This document shows, piece after piece, positions 36,073-37,814 of a stretch of 37,814 nt of DNA (position 1 is the first letter of the stretch; each line of letters starts with the position of its first letter). The translations under genes were made by a program, and so were the position numbers. The notes beneath the pieces were generated by a model. It searched no databases, had not been told where the DNA came from, and saw only the letters and a list, made by a program, of their open reading frames with translations. Source of the DNA: Phoronis australis (taxonomy: Eukaryota > Animalia > Phoronida); NCBI GenBank assembly GCA_002633005.1, contig NMRA01000100.1, forward strand, positions 579,106 to 616,919, in the 5' to 3' direction.

Positions 36073-36299
36073 ATGGAATTGATATCAAAATACGTCATCG
36101 CGCTAAGCCTTATTATTGCTATTTTCCTGGGTGCAAATCTTCGAAAGGTAGTGACAAATTCCCTAAAGACATTAGGTTACTACAGACGTAGAGAATTGCG
36201 GTCAAAAGAGTCAACTAAGTGACAAAAAGTGTGCGGATGCCGAAACCTCATGCCCCGTGTGTGCATTTCCTTTGAGAGACTACATAATCACGTTACCTG
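36073..36299 (+). CDS. Candidate first coding exon of an unknown signal-anchor or secreted protein (needs one frame change)
   Basis: AAGATGG start and hydrophobic MELISKYVIALSLIIAIFLGANLRK. Strong donor CTG|GTAAGT at 36300 and a canonical acceptor at 36408. The start frame stops at 36220-36222, while the +1 frame is open from 36176 to 36299. Confidence 0.35.
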
Positions 36300-36522
36300 G
36301 TAAGTTTTTAGCAATTAGTTTCTTTGGACGTCGTTCGGTGGTGTTATCCCCACCAGTTACCCCACTGAATAATGGGTTTATTCAGTGGAACTAAGTGTTT
36401 CTTTTCAGAAACGCACCCGGGACCTGGATGGTAGGCTTAAGGACTGTAGCAGCACATATTGTCCTGGTGGGAGTGCTCCCAATATAAGGTTGTGGGACGT
36501 GCCGCTCAGAAGTCAGGGATAA

Positions 36523-36700
36523 CAGGGCTCGACGCTATTAAAATCGCCAGGTCGCATTTTGCGACCTAGCCAGAATCCCAGGTCGCATTTCCAAAATCCA
36601 GCTCGCATTCATAAATACCAGGTCGCAAAATTTTCTCGACATTTTTACGCGCCAAAATTGATTTTAGATCATCGAGAAAATGTTTAGATTATGCTCTTTC
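36523..36700 (+). mobile_element. Left end of a hAT-like DNA transposon (right end not found)
   Basis: CAGGGCTCGAC terminus followed by four direct CCAG(G/C)TCGCA repeats and one inverted copy. The CpG-rich body probably continues towards the window end. Confidence 0.55.
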
Positions 36701-37814
36701 CTGCCGCGTTTTTACTCACAAATTTCAGATCCCAAAACTGACTTCGTTTATGCAGGTACGGCGTTACTGTTCTTCACGACCGCCGGAGCGCAAGTCAAGT
36801 TCCCGAGGTGAAAGTTGAATTAGTGCTCTCTAACTGACACGTGCATTCGAGTAGCTAAGTTTGCGATTTGAAAAGGGAGAAAATGCCCGTTGAAAAAGTA
36901 TCCGGGATTTTGCTGGGTCTGACCTGCTACTGTCTGTCATCAAAGTCGTTAAAGATTCAAACTAACTCCGAGGGCAAATCCCCTCCGCATTTTGTTCGAA
37001 GTCCAAATTTTGCAACTTAACTCATGTATGAAAAACGTCTGTCGAAAAAAAAATCCGTGAAACGATGCTTTAACCGAATAAACAATTTCACAACAAAAAT
37101 GTGGTACTTATGCTGTTTACGTACTCAACAATTAGTTTTCCATGAAGTGAATAGCCTCCAAATAATTCCCGACTCCCTCTGTGCGAGTTTCCATCTGGTA
37201 ATGGCAAGTTTGCTCAATACCTTCCAGGTACGGGGACAAATAGGTCAGTCACAATACGACACGCATGTCCCTAGTGTTAACTTCCTTTCGGAGGTACAAA
37301 ACAAAGCCGGGATTTGGTTTTTACATATTAAGAAAAGACGTTTTTTGAAAACGGAATTTGTTGTGTAAAATGAGAGTGACACACCATATAGACTGCGAGT
37401 CAATTTTAAACCACGCGAGGTCGTTTGTAGTGCGATATGATGGGCGCTAGCCTAAACTGTGGGCGATTAATTGGAAATTCTCAAAAGTTAAGGGGGAACG
37501 CTTAGTAGATCAGTGAGCGCTTATTGTGAAACACTTCAAAGGTAGGGAGTAGGCTTGTGCGTTGGCATAGTCGTTAACCCGAGTGTTTGCGGTAATAAGA
37601 TATTAAAAGATTACAATGGTAAGAAACGTTATAATAATACGATTTTGCGAGGCAAACTCCATCTAGTAGGGGTGACTTTCTGCATATCGTTACCACCTAC
37701 ACTGTACCCTTTTTAGCCACCCGGAATAATTTTGTTCTTAATTGCCCGCTTCAGCTGGAACATGATTGTTTCTATTGGAGTCTGAACATTTTTACGGCGG
37801 CGATGGTCCAGGGA

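Noticed and set aside
1-37814. Uni-strand piRNA-cluster-like TE orientation bias
   Set aside because: Retroelement fragments occur on both strands (four on -, two on +); too few to claim a bias without small-RNA data.

Overview
AT-rich eukaryotic genomic DNA from a draft assembly (740-N gap, several single-N joins). The repeat repertoire suggests a marine invertebrate, possibly a deuterostome; this is inference only. No complete protein-coding gene is visible, and most of the listed ORFs are noise. The window is a mosaic of transposon remnants separated by unique, intron- or intergenic-like spacers. DNA-transposon remnants include several TTAA-flanked Kolobok-type elements (one keeps the 5' ends of both its THAP transposase gene and a KolX-like gene), two copies of an unclassified CATG-ended TIR element, and PIF/Harbinger and 5-bp-TSD MITEs. 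Retroelement remnants include a Penelope GIY-YIG fragment, a DIRS/Ngaro RNase H fragment, CR1/L2-group LINE 3' ends and a tRNA-SINE. The most unusual item is a 453-bp head-to-head retroposon that combines a tRNA-like Pol III head with a minimal hammerhead-ribozyme motif and has a 13-bp TSD (7304-7756). A candidate first exon and intron of a signal-anchor protein gene lies near 36.07-36.43 kb. All similarity calls are by eye and need database confirmation.
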